Shown piece by piece: positions 38,052 to 50,681 of a DNA stretch of 64,000 nt (position 1 is its first letter; every line of letters starts with the position of its first letter). The DNA is taken from the NCBI RefSeq assembly GCF_001194135.2, contig NC_068991.1, positions 6,206,248 to 6,270,247 of the forward strand, in the 5' to 3' direction. Source of the DNA: Octopus bimaculoides. Taxonomy: Eukaryota. The translations under genes were made by a program, and so were the position numbers. The notes under the pieces were generated by a model, which was not told where the DNA came from, made no database searches, and saw only the letters and a list, made by a program, of their open reading frames with translations.

Positions 38052-39738
38052 TGATTGCTAGCTTACACCTTCCACATATTAGAGAGGGAGCAGGAGGGGA
38101 GGAATAGATTTAAACAAACAAACAACAAGGAAACAAAACAACAACCATAACAATGGTAACAAAAAATATTTTTAAAAAAAGTGTAGTAAGTTGAAAGAAT
38201 TTAGAAGCTACATGAACAACAAGAATATAATTATATTTTACTGCAAATTGTTCAGTCAGATCTCAACCGCATGTTCTGCTCCTCTGTGTGTGTTTCTGCT
38301 TTGATAATAGTCAGCTTCCTCTCTGTTTTGTGTACAGCAATAATATAAGATCCCACTGATTAGAAGTAGAGAAGAAAGAAAGAAAGAAAATGACAGAGCA
38401 TTGAACAGTTTCCAGGAGAGAAAATCCCATTTTTTGGAACCCCTAATTCAAAAAGTCGTCGCTGTAGTCTTCTTCTACATCAACCGAAAGGATCAGGAAA
38501 AGAAAATTTAGACAAAATCTTTCAAGAAAAAAACAGAAATAAAGTGATATTCTGTGTGAGCGAGTGCGTGATTGTGGTTGCATGTGTACATGTGCGTAAG
38601 GCCATGTGAATACAGTCACACATGCATGTCTAGGCTATTCTTCCATTACCATGTAGCCATTTTTGTTGTTGTTTTTTTTCTTATATGTGACAAAACATGA
38701 AAAGCTGCACCAAATGGGATCAGATATTTATTTTCATTTTTGACATTTGTTATTTATTTTTTATTATCTTCAACTCTCCCCTTCCCCCTCAAATGTGTTT
38801 AAGTTACATATGTGTACACACACTAACACTCACTCACACACACCTTAATGATATATGTATAAATATACCCCATGCATTTGTGTGTGTTTTTGACATGCAC
38901 ATACGCACACACACACATTCATGCAGACATATACACACAAACATACACATAATTAGAAAGAAGAAGCTACATTCTCTTGGCTCCCTTGTTGCTGTTTCTG
39001 TGTCCTCTTCACCTTTCCAGAAATCTCTACTGACACTGGAATCCAATCAGGGGAATCCATCCTTGAAGATAAAAAAAAAAAACCAACTCAAGAACAACAA
39101 AAATCTTATCTCTAACTTATTTATAATTGATTCTTTAATTCTACGATAAAATAAAAACAAATACAAAAAAATGTTTCATTTCTATTAAATTTCCTGGAAT
39201 ATTTTTAACTTATTAAATTACATTTATGAATGATTTAAGATTTTCAATGTAAAATTGTATTAAACATTGCCAGCACTGATCTATGACAGAAAAAAAAAAA
39301 AACAGGTTCACCTACAGGACTTGAACCATGTATCCCTCACTCACCCGATGACCACACTATCAATTGTACTACAGAGATTAATCCTCTGTTGTCCTTTCTG
39401 TCTCAAATTTGTGCTTGTAATGTTTAAATTAGTTCTATTCATTTGTTTATGTATGATAATTTATGCTTAATAATTATTGTCTTTGTTTAACACACACTTG
39501 ATGGTTAGTCCATGTTAATCCTTAAGGAGCATAAGGATGGTTTCTTGGTTCTCTGGCTTATATATTCCATTCCTGACTGGACGGGACACAGGATTGTTCA
39601 TTTTTACCAGCTCTGTGAACGAGCACAATGTGAAATGAAGTGCTTTGCTCAGGAACATAATTTATTGCCTGGTCCAGGAATTGAAACCACAGCCTTATCA
39701 TGAATCCTAACCATTAACCCATGTGTCTCCATATATAT

Positions 39739-40064
39739 ATATATTGTATAAAGGATCATGAGTAAGGCCAGAACAATGCGAAGTAAATGCAAGGCAAATC
39801 ACAAGAAAACAAATATATGAATTAATGTAGACTTACCTTGCATTCAGTATTTCGGGGTTATGACCCGAATTAACGAATGTTGCCAATGTGCGTGTACACA
39901 TGCTATTTGGCAACATTCGTTAATTTCTTGAAAATGAGGTTACAACCCCAAAATATTGAATGCAAGGTAAGTCTACATTTATTTATATATTTGTTTTCTT
40001 GTAATTTGCCTTGCATTTACTTTGCATTGTTCTGGCCTTATCCATGATCCTTTTATCAATATAT
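39739..40064. repeat. Long inverted repeat / foldback MITE
   Basis: Arms of about 140-150 bp (39739-39886, 39908-40064) are close reverse complements. Confidence 0.9.
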
Positions 40065-40949
40065 TCTACACAAGTAGAACAATATGGAAGTTAAAAGACC
40101 CTAACTATATTGATGTAACTTTCAAACAGCCCTAGAATATGTTTATTTAGAAAGGGGGGGAAGGAAGGAGGAAATACAGAACCAAGACATGGTCCCTGTG
40201 GACAGAAACATATAGGTCCATAGTCTCTGAAGTGTTATTCTAAATAAGACAAAAATGGTCAGACCAATTCATCTATTGGATTGTTTAGACCTGTGGTTCT
40301 TAGCTGGTTTGTTGGATCACACTGGCACACTACAGTCGATATCCAGGTGTGCTGTGGATTTTTTATTTTTGCTATGATTTTGTCTCAAACAAGGCTTGAG
40401 GCCACTGTAGTGTAAGGGAAGGAACAAAGGAGGTCTACAAATTTTTTAGATCCTTGCATTGGATATATAAATTAATAAAGCAGTGGGGAAGGTAAGTATA
40501 TAGATGACGACTTACTATTACACAAAAAACACTCTGCATCAACGGCTTGCAGTGAACTGCTACCAACCCGAACCGCCAATCGCTCACAGTTCTTTATTTT
40601 ATAAAAATTAGTCAGGTCCCCCTTTAGTCACTTGGTGAGTGGTCGGAATCCTTCCACAACAAAATTCAAAAAATGTTGATTGATAGACTGAATATCGTAG
40701 ACCAGAGGTAAACAAGATAATGGTAATGTGTTCCAGAGAGCAGCAGTTTGTGGAAATAAGCTATTGGATTAAAAGGACTTATAAATAATAAGGAAGCTCA
40801 ACTGAGAAACAAATGTACCTGAGAAGAGAAGCAGGTGACATGTTTAAGGGTTTTAGAAAATCCATGGTAATGCTTTGAGCATCTTAGAACATGTTATTTG
40901 TAATTTTGTTCTTTACAAGTATGTTTAATATAGCCAGGTGAGCAATTTG

Positions 40950-41243
40950 AGTGTGTTCATTACCAGTGCTGCCGGACTGGCTCCAGTGCAGGTGGCATGT
41001 AAAAAAACACCTTTTGAGCATGGTCGTTGCCAGTACTGCCTGACTGGCCCTCGTGCCGGTGGCACGTAAAAGCACCCACTACACTCTTGGAGTGGTTGGC
41101 GTTAGGGAGGGCATCTAGCTGTAGAAACCTTGCCAGATCAGATTGGAGCCTGGTGCAGCCTTCTGGCTCACCAGCCCTCAGTCATACCGTCCAACCCATG
41201 CCAGCATGGAAAGCAGACGTTAAACGACAACAATGATGATGAT
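40950..41243 (+). mobile_element. Family C copy
   Basis: Internal tandem units plus (GAT)n tail. Confidence 0.8.
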
Positions 41244-41529
41244 AGTCACTACTAGGTACTAAGAGTTCCTTACATTGGAGACATGGTCCAAGAAGGTTTT
41301 TATAATATGCTTAGTGTCTCCAAACAATCTGGCAGACACTAGATGTGTTGTAAAAACCTGCCCAGACCACATCTCCAATGTATGAAACTATTAGTAGCTC
41401 ATAACTATATACTGTGTACATTAAACAATATTTATCACTTTTTTTTGTTGATCTTATCTTAACGGAAAAGTAGAAAGGATCTAATTGAGCCATCCCATAA
41501 ATAATGTTTTTTTTTATATACTTCTTTTC

Positions 41530-41930
41530 ATCATCATCGCTTAACGTCTGCTTTCCATGCTAGCATAGGTTGGACGATTTGACTGAGGACTGGCAAGCCA
41601 GAAGGCTGCACCGGGCTCCAATCTGATCTGGCAGAGTTTCTACAGCTGGATGTGAATGCCCTTCCTAATGCCAACCACTCCGAGAGTGTAGTGGGTGCTT
41701 TTACGTGGAACTGGCAACGGCCTCGCTCAAAAAGGTGTTTTTTACGTGCCACCTGCACGGGTGCCAGTCCAGCGGCACTGGCAACGACCTCTCTTGAATG
41801 ATTTTCTAACGTGCCACCACCACAAATGCTAGAAGGCGACTCTGGTAACGATTATGCTCAAATGGAAGCCAGTCAGCTGCTCTGGCAATGAACACGCTCA
41901 GACAGGTGCCAGTCATCGAGTATGGTTCAA
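41530..41930 (-). mobile_element. Family C copy
   Basis: Reverse-complement copy with 4-5 internal tandem units. Confidence 0.8.
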
Positions 41931-42870
41931 TTACGATTCCGATTTCACTTGCCCCAACAATTAAGATAAAGTTCTTCTTTTAATCTAAAATATGCCCCAC
42001 AGATATCATTAAGAGCAGTACCATTCAATCCGGTGGTGTCAACAGCACTAAAATAAGTGTTGTTTGGAAACAAACAAACCGAAGAAACTACATCTTTCAA
42101 ACTCATTTACTCTATGTACAACCGTATCGATAAATAAATTCAATAAGTAAATTATAACCACTCTTAAATACGTAACTAAACAGCGACAACACTATTAAGT
42201 CATACGAAAATTATAATCCCTACAGTCTTCCGTAGTATAATATAAAAGTAAAAGCTTAATAACATTATTTCAATCAATCAATTTATAGGTAGGTTATAAA
42301 CCAATGTACATTGCATCGCTATTAATAGTAAACAACAATAACTAAATCATGCTAAGTTGCGACCAATCTTCAAGTCCATATAAATAGTAACCCCACCGGT
42401 CTTCTATAGATACTACTATAATGAAAGTTCAAGCTTTATAAAATTTCTCCAAAACAAAACACAATTGAAATTAATTTAATATTTTTGAGTGAAATACGTT
42501 ATTTCATCATTCAAAAGTTAATGATAAAACACTACATACTCATTAAGATATCACCACTACAAGTTAAAATATTAAATTACCGGTAACTAATATAAACTTA
42601 AATTTCATTAAATAGGAACAAATAAAAGTACTTGTAATTAACTATTATTATAAACTTTGCGGCTATGTTCAAAGCTAATTAAAACTGTTTAAAAGAGAAT
42701 AAGACTTCAAATATTAACACTTACATGTTTCGTCCGACATGTGCTTCCCTCTCCAAGAATTTGAAATGCCAATTAAATATTGATGACGTAGTACGTAATC
42801 ACTACTTTCGTAATTATCTCAATATGGTGACGTAGTAAGCAATTAACTCGAATCGTGAACCTTCAAATCC

Positions 42871-43330
42871 TTACAAATATTTGCTAAGCCAAAGACTAGA
42901 TATTATTCCATATTTATTTAAAATTTCAAGTTTCCCACCTAAACAGCGATTAAAAGTTTTAACCAACTTACCATATTTATACCTTTCTTTTACTAAAAGT
43001 CTAAACAGCTCATTTATTCTTTCCAAAGAATTTATTAGAATTATTAATAATAGTACTATATCTAACAACCTACCCTGCAAAAATACCATAACCAATAAAG
43101 GAAGGAATTTTACTACAGAACCATAGCATTGAAGCCACCTGGAAACCAAAATTTTCTGTTTTATTATAAATGTCAGTACATATTTCATTGTTATCCTTAA
43201 TTACTAGATTGACATCTAAATAATTAATGTTTCTTATATTATTACCGTTTCTGGTGGCTAACTTTAAAACAATTTTGTTTAACTTTTCTATGCACAGTCT
43301 GTTTATAATCTTTAGTGCACCATGAAGTAA
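42871..43330 (-). mobile_element. Penelope-like element RT C-terminal relic
   Basis: INYLDVNLVI...TDIYNKTENFGF...SKIPSFIGYGIFAG*VVRYS and (frameshift) ERINELFRLLVKERYKYGKLVKTF match the PLE RT thumb (YLD..I...T.LYDK.DDF.F...SNIP...YG.F..QL.RY). Confidence 0.75.
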
Positions 43331-44634
43331 AACAAGATTGAGCTGTTTACATTTTTGCAGTGTGTTCAATTACACACCATAGTGTTGGCTAAGACTAACA
43401 TGGAGTATACTCTGTTGTTCATTTGCATTAAACAAATCCTTCATCGTAGGGATCAATAATAATTGATCTAGCTCTGGCAAAGTAACAAATAATCAGTTTA
43501 AACAGGATACTATCGAAGGGAGATAATTCTTAGGTAATATTATAAATATTACGGAGATGTACTTGCATAGCAAGTAACCTGATCTGAGATTATAAATATT
43601 GTTGTAATTATCTCCCTTGTAGTATGACTGCAGTTTATGCTATTTTGATTTTCAAAACGGTTATAAACATTCCTTAGTTCTTCGTATTAAATACAAATTA
43701 TACACGACATTAATTTTACGTTAATTTCAGTTAATTATGCAATAATTGCCAAGGAACACATATTTACCAGAGCCTTGTCGTCCAAGGATCGGTCTTACAT
43801 CGCCACTTTAGGCATTGCCACTCATAATCTTCAGAAAGCGAAGAAATGCCATCATCATTCACATACCTGGAATTATGGTTTTGTTTCGTCAGTCTGTAGA
43901 CTATGAAAATGCTGGTTGAACATGTCCGGAGAATGCAAAGTAATGCATTCTTTTATTCTTCAATTCTCAGAATAGTGAGATCGTTGTGTGGAACTTGTTC
44001 CGGCTCTTTATGTCCTGAGTTCAAATTCCGCTGAGGTCGACTTCGCCTTCTATCCTTTATTCAGGGTCACTAAAATACACTATCTCTGAAATACTGAGGT
44101 AGATGTACTAATCTGTTATGGAAGATTTGGTTGCTATTTCTAGCAGGTTGAGCTCACAAAGGTTTTGTGTGTTTATCCCTATGGGGACACACAGTCAAGA
44201 TTTCTGGTATATTCGACAATCGAGACTTCGATTGACTAAACTCACACTATTTTAAATACTTGTTATTGTTTTGTATTAATTTCTAGAAAAAAAATGAATG
44301 CAAAATTTCCTCCTCAGCAAGCAAAACTACATCAGAACTACATTTTTTCGAAAATAATCTGGGGAAAATTTAACAGGCTTCCACACAGTATCCGTCTACC
44401 AAATTCACTCACGAGGTAAAATGAGTTCTAAATCCCACAGCTATGTGCCAGCCAAAAGGCAGTCATAAATTACAATAGCACCATAGTGAATAGCTTAATT
44501 TTCATATTTGTGCTTTTGATGGCTCATTAGAAGGTTTTTCTGTGTGGAAAATATGCAGGTTAAAAATGCACAGAGAATAGACTTTCTCAAATGCTTGGGG
44601 AAGATCCTTTGAAGTAGTAAAAACTTAAATAATA

Positions 44635-45030
44635 TAGGTGCAGGAGTGGCTGTGTGGTAAGTAGCTCGCTTACCAACCACATGGTTCCGGGTTCAGTCCC
44701 ACTGCGTGGCACCTTGGGCAAGTGTCTTCTACTATAGCCTCGGACCGACCAAAGCCTTGTGAGTGGATTTGGTAGATGGAAACTGAAAGAAGCCTTTCGT
44801 ATATATACATATATATGTATATGTGTGTATATGTTTGTGTGTCTGTGTTTGTCACCCCAACCTCGCTTGACAACCGATGGTGTTGTGTTTATGTCCCTGT
44901 AACTTAGCGGTTTGGCAAAAGAGACCGATAGAATAAGTACTAGGCTTATAAAGAATAAGTCCTGGGTCGATTTGCTCGACTAAAGGCAGTGCTCCAGCAT
45001 GGCCACAGTCAAATGACTGAAACAGTAAAA
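44635..45030 (+). mobile_element. SINE family A, young full-length copy
   Basis: Nearly identical to 59247-59652. Confidence 0.85.
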
Positions 45031-45424
45031 AAATAAATAAATAAATAAATAAATAATCCCAAGGCAGTGCCCCAGCATGGCCAAAATCAAATAACTGAGA
45101 CAAAGATAAATCCTACTTAACGAAGTCACTTCAATTAGACAGAATGAGTGATAAGCAAAAGTTATCGAAAATATTAATACAATACTCATTAAAGGGTGTT
45201 GTATTAATAATTGGAATGTTTTTACTTTTATTTTATGATACCATACATTCAAATTTTATAATTGAATGCGTTTTGGCCGTTTGGTGGTTATTCTCAAATG
45301 ATAATAAAATATAAATTTGGAATAAAATGTGAGATACAATAGCATGGGTTATAAATGTTTATCAAAAAATTAGTGGGGGATGGATTTCATTTTCTTGTGG
45401 GAAGGAATAACAATGGAATTATTC

Positions 45425-45563
45425 TCATTTGTTGATTTTATCTTGGATAAACTGAAGAATGTCTTCTTTTGAAAACTTGTCTCTGTCTTGTGTTGTAGGC
45501 TGGGAGTCGTGCACTCTTACTCCTTCTTGCCATTTCCAACGGATTCCGTTTATTCGGCAATCT
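45425..45563 (-). CDS. CMTR1: CMTR1 last coding exon
   Basis: DCRINGIRWKWQEGVRVHDSQ...FSKEDILQFIQDKINK then TGA; matches the human C-terminus WEWGDGIRVHDSQ...SKEDVLSFIQ. Confidence 0.93.
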
Positions 45564-45984
45564 CTGCAAGTAAATAACAGACATGGTCATTTGACAAGTT
45601 TGAAGAACACTAAGAGTATTTTAGAGAAACTGGACAAAATATTCCAGATGAATTAAATAGCATGATATTAAATTACAACATTATCATTTACCTCTTACAT
45701 AATTTGGTGAAGTAATTGTAAATTTATGTAATAAAACAATTTGCTCACTCCACTCTCGGAGACCCCCCCCTAACCATCAGAGTAGGAGGCTCCAAAAGGG
45801 GTCTCAGGGAGTAGCATCCCTGCCTTCCTAATCTAGTTTTCCACCACATTTCTTAAAAATCATGGTAAAGGCCTTGGTCTCAGGACCATTTGTATCTAGA
45901 AACTGAGGTTGGGGGTAAGCAAGGGCATGCTCCCCTGTAGAAAATCCAGCTCCAAGATAGCAAAGGAGAATGGGCACCATACCA

Positions 45985-46220
45985 GCCCTGAACCCGGAAC
46001 CATGTGGTTGGGAAGCAAGCTTCTTACCACCCAGTTATGCCTGTTACACACACACATGAAGGGCTTCTTCCAATTTCCATCTACCAAATCCACTCACAAG
46101 GCTTTGGTCAGCTCAAGGCTATAGTAAAAGACACTTGCTCAAGGTGTCACACAGTGGGACTGAACCCGGAACCATGTGGTTGGTAAGGAAGCTTCTTACC
46201 ACACAGTTATGCCTGTTACA
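45985..46220 (-). mobile_element. Two tandem SINE family A head fragments
   Basis: gaacccggaaccatgtggttgg...cttcttacc repeated. Confidence 0.7.
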
Positions 46221-46473
46221 CATACACACACAAACAGCCACATCCAATGGGCTTCCGCTTAGTTTCCACCTCCTGAATTTCATTCGCAAGTCCACCCAAG
46301 TCCAAGGTGCCATGGAGTGAGATTGAATCTGGAACATGGTTACAAAGTGACTAAACAACTATATCTGTGCTCAGATTCTGCGATTTGTTGTCCTGTATTC
46401 TCAAGATTATCCCCACCCCATCATCAGGTTAGCATTAAGAAATATGGTGTTAAAAGATAAAGTCATATCTTAC

Positions 46474-46582
46474 CTGGTGTTTGTTATAGCATCTGCAGGA
46501 AATACATAAGTTGACACACCAGAAGATGTATCGAAAAAATACTTTGTGTTTGAAGACTTACTAAGACACATTGTCCACGGAT
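46474..46582 (-). CDS. CMTR1: CMTR1 exon (WW domain)
   Basis: PWTMCLSKSSNTKYFFDTSSGVSTYVFPADAI; phase 1 to 2. Confidence 0.92.
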
Positions 46583-46889
46583 CTGAAAGTGGAATCATAT
46601 GATTAGCTTGCTATTTCTTCAAACTTTACATATTCTTGGACAATAAGAGGTTAAAAAACAAAATTAAATGTCATGTTTATAGGAAATGTGTGTTCTAGAG
46701 TCCCGTGATCAACCTTTGACCTTTTCTTTCCAAAACGGTTTTTCAACTGAATATTTACATTCAAGTGATTGTTGTTAGGAAGGGCATCTAATCGTAAAAA
46801 CCATGCTGAAGTCCTCTGGCTTGGCAGCTCCTGTCAAGCTATCCAACCCCTAGCAGCATGAAAAATGTATTTTGAATGATGATGATGAT

Positions 46890-47110
46890 GGCAGAATCGT
46901 TAGCACACCGGGAAAAATGCTTAGCAGTATTTCGTCTGCCGTTATGCTCTGAGTTCAAATTCCGCTGAGGTCGACTTTGCCTTTCATCCTTTCGGGGTCG
47001 ATTAAATAAGTACCAGTTACGCACTGGGATCAATATAATCAACTTAATCCCTTTGTCTGTCCTTGTTTGTCCCCTCTATGTTTAGCCCCCTGAGGGCAAT
47101 AAAAAAATAA
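46890..47110 (+). mobile_element. SINE family B
   Basis: Near full-length copy. Confidence 0.8.
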
Positions 47111-47951
47111 ATATTTATATTGGTGAGAAACTCTCAAGAGAGCTGAACAGCAGAAGGTTTACAGAGAAGAAACCCTGCTCAGGCAAGTGCTTTGGCCCTT
47201 AACTTCTTACACTCTAAGGGGACCAAGGGCCACATCCAGGTCATGACTCCTGGATGCCATTCTGCCCATACTTTGTAGCCACTTGGATATCGCAGATTTG
47301 TGCTTTGAAACCACTTGGAGATTTCATCTAGCTGGAATCCCTATCTATTGACTCAGCTTCACTAACATATTCTTATTTATGTGCTTCAAGATCCACTATT
47401 CCAAAAAACAATTATTTTCACATTCTCTGAAAAGTTTATAAAATTCTTATAACATCAACAACATACAATTCCCGCTGCTAAGAATAAAGTTCATAAAATG
47501 GATAAAGAAATTTGAAGTATTGCATTGATCCAATGGTAGAATGTCTGTTATGGTTGCAAGGGATGTGGGATCAAGTCCCACAGGTAACCTTTGACTTTTT
47601 CTATCCAAAGGATTCTTTAACCCAATATTTGCATGCTATTATTTATAGCCTTGTATGCTTCAAGATCCACTATTCCAATAAAGAATTATTTTACATTCTC
47701 TGAAAGTTTATAAATATCCTTATGACATCAACAAAATTAAATGCACTTTTCAACAATATCATCATCATCATCTAATGTCCATTTTCTATGTTGGTATGGG
47801 TTGGACAGTTTGATAGAATCTGCCGATCCACAGAACTGCATCAGGCTTCAGAGTGGCTGGCATTAGGAAGGGCATCCAGCTGTAGAAACTTTGCCAGATC
47901 AGATTGGAGCCTGGTGCANNNNNNNNNNCAGAGGTATCCGTGTATATATAC

Positions 47952-48064
47952 CTTTGGTAATTTTTACAAAGTGAACTCCAGACGGTAGGAAATAATGCTT
48001 TTTCTCTTTACAGTAACAAAGACGTCTGAAGCGCGATTGACCTTTTACTAACTTCATTTCCAAC
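47952..48064 (-). CDS. CMTR1: CMTR1 exon
   Basis: LEMKLVKGQS...HYFLPSGVHFVKITK; phase 2 to 1. Confidence 0.9.
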
Positions 48065-48788
48065 CTGTGAAAGAAAAAAAAAAAAACACAATAAAAATAT
48101 TTAGATGCAGTGTCCTGACAGTTGATAACTCACCTTAATCCTTTTGTTACCGTATTTCTATTAGAATATATTGTTCTTGTTTAAACTAATTTTGAAAATA
48201 ACAAAGAAGTTAATAAAATAACTTTGTCATTTGTTAAGTTGATTTTGGGTGTGGAAATTAACATTAAATTTTGATGGAAGTTTTCAACTTAGATCACTTT
48301 AAAAAAGGAAAAGTGTATAAAAGAACCAAAGGTAGTTTCATGTAGGTTGGTATCAAATGGATTAAAGATGAGATTTAAGTTCAAAAATATATAATTTTAC
48401 AAAAATAATTATTAGTGATAGAAGCAATATTAATACCAAAAGGCAATCTTTAAATCCAACTTAATGTGGATGTTTTATTAGACCATCAAATACTGCATTA
48501 TTTACCTTGAGGGAACTTCTCATATGGATGCATGGTGCATAAAAGCACACACATATATATCACTGGCAGACGAGAATCATCTGCTACAGGCACTGGAAAT
48601 GCCAGATCACATTATTTTGACATGCCTCGTCTCCTCAGTGGCAGCTGTTTCATAGCAACACACAGCCAAATCTCACTGCCTCTCTTTATTTATTTCAAAG
48701 AATTAAATGGTTCCACAAATGCAAATAATACCATTCCTAATAGGAACCATATTGAAAGAGTTTCAACATAAAACAAAACCACACTAAC

Positions 48789-48905
48789 CTGTCAAATATT
48801 TTGTGAATCTCTTCCATTCTGTATATTTCAGGCACACTAATTGGAGCTAAATCAGAACGAGTTGTCTTCGTAATAGCCTTTACAAATTTCTTTAGCCTTT
48901 CAATT
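48789..48905 (-). CDS. CMTR1: CMTR1 exon
   Basis: IERLKKFVKAITKTTRSDLAPISVPEIYRMEEIHKIFD; phase 2 to 2. Confidence 0.92.
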
Positions 48906-49009
48906 CTGAAAATATTAATAATAAATAATATTTTTTTAGTTAAAAAAATGTAAAGATTTTGCTTTCCTTCATTCAGATTCCAAATGAAATATAAATTTTA
49001 CTGTGGCAC

Positions 49010-49375
49010 ATTAGCTTCCATAGATACAACCAGGGCAAATGTCTTCTACTATACTATGACCAAAGCCTTGAGAGTGAAAGGAAACTAAAAGAAGCCCATC
49101 ACGTGTGTGTCTAATTGTGTGCATGCATGCATGCATGTGTGTGTGTGTGTGTGTGTGTGTGATGTGTATGTTCGTTTTTGTGCTTGTTCCCTGTTGCCAC
49201 TTGACAACCGGTGTTGGTTTGCTTATCTCCCCGGAACTTAGCAGTTTGGCAAAAGAACTGATAGATAAGTACCAGACTTTAAAAAAAACATGTACTGAGG
49301 TCAATCTGTTTCGCTAAAACCCATCAAAGCAGTCCAATGACTGCTAAAAGATACATGAAAACAAGTAAAAAACAC
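49010..49375 (+). mobile_element. SINE family A, head truncated
   Basis: Body and tail match the family. Confidence 0.7.
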
Positions 49376-49471
49376 ATAACAAAATAAATAACAGTTCTAT
49401 ATTTTAGGGAATGAAGAATCCTTTAAATTATTTACATTGGACGGATATGTGTCTTCATCTTGTCTGTCGTT

Positions 49472-49517
49472 ACCACTATGTTTCGTCTGATTTACTCTCC
49501 GGCCTTCATCAGGTGTC
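49472..49517 (-). ncRNA. Minimal hammerhead motif
   Basis: GACAC-CTGATGA-A-GGCCG..CAGAC-GAAAC-ATA-GTGGT; core intact, stems decayed. Confidence 0.7.
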
Positions 49518-49575
49518 ATGATAGAATTTTGAACCCAGGAATAAGAACCCAGGGTTGGGTTCAAAATTCCACCAG

Positions 49576-49621
49576 GACACCTGATGAAGGCTGGAGAGTA
49601 AATCAGCCGAAACGTTATGGT
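49576..49621 (+). ncRNA. Minimal hammerhead motif (best preserved core)
   Basis: GACAC-CTGATGA-A-GGCTG(gagagtaaat)CAGCC-GAAAC-GTT; perfect stem II, palindromic ACGT stem III. Confidence 0.8.
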
Positions 49622-49771
49622 CACGACAGACAAGATGAGGACACATGTCCATCCAATGTAAATAATGTAAAAAATAACAATCAATATTTTCTAAAACCAG
49701 TGAAATCAAACGAATTTCTCTTTGCTTTAAAACAACAACACTATTTACCAAAATAAATAGGAGCAACTTAC

Positions 49772-49863
49772 CTTTCATTGAAATGTAGTTTCTGTACATT
49801 GTCACCACAGAGAAAATAGGCATCTAAAACATGGACTGTCATTTGTTTTTTCTGTCCCTTTCC
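49772..49863 (-). CDS. CMTR1: CMTR1 exon
   Basis: GKGQKKQMTVHVLDAYFLCGDNVQKLHFNE; phase 0 to 2. Confidence 0.92.
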
Positions 49864-50242
49864 CTAAGTGTAACAAAAAAAAAAATCATTAGAAAATGTT
49901 ATTTTCAAACAACAACAACAACCACAACCATCACCACCATTTAATGTCCTATTTCCCATGCTGGACGTCTTGATAGGAACTGGCAAAGCCAGGGGCTGCA
50001 CCAGGTTCCATTTGTCTGTTTTGGCTTGCCATTTTGGTGAGACCATTATCTGCCACGACTGTGATTTTACTTGGTTTGATGGGTCTTTTTTTCACACACG
50101 ACATAAGCCAAAAATCTTGGTCATTGCCTGCGTGAGGGCCAACGCTAAAAAAAAACTCATGGTCTCAAAATTAGAAAAAAATTTGATCATGAAAGGATTA
50201 AAGAGATTAACCATCCAAAGTAAGATGTTGTATGTTACTCAC

Positions 50243-50374
50243 TTCTCCTTGGAATTCCTGGACTATCTCAGCTTCTAATAAAGTCTCTGAAGGTAATTCA
50301 ATATGAATTTGTTTATCTTCAATCTTACACCAATTGCTGCTTTGATTACCATTCCAAAAACAAACATGTCCCCT
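50243..50374 (-). CDS. CMTR1: CMTR1 exon
   Basis: RGHVCFWNG...IELPSETLLEAEIVQEFQGE; phase 0 to 0. Confidence 0.92.
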
Positions 50375-50681
50375 CTGAAAAAAAAAAAAGAAAGGAAAAT
50401 GGCATTAGTTATAATCCAACAAAATATGTATTTAGTTACATCACGTGATCACGGTATCAGCCAGTAAACATCACTGGTCACAATGTACTTTGCATCGTTT
50501 TTGCTTTCAAATGAGGCCATCCCACTGTCTAGGCAAGCAGGAGGGTAGTCTGTCACAGGGTGACCCATTTACAGCTGAGTAGACTGGAGCAATGTGAAAT
50601 GAAGAGTTTTGCTTAAGAACACAAAGTGCTACCAGTCAGGGAATCAAAATGAATGACTTTACATAAATCCACTGTAAGATT

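Larger units (their letters stand above)
49391..49671. mobile_element. Palindromic hammerhead element (second subfamily)
   Basis: Arms 49428-49536 and 49557-49665 are reverse complements with a 20-nt spacer. Confidence 0.85.

Noticed and set aside
38697-39149. 150-aa ORF after MOB2
   Set aside because: 3' UTR region with (CA)/(TG) low complexity and no splice or homology support.
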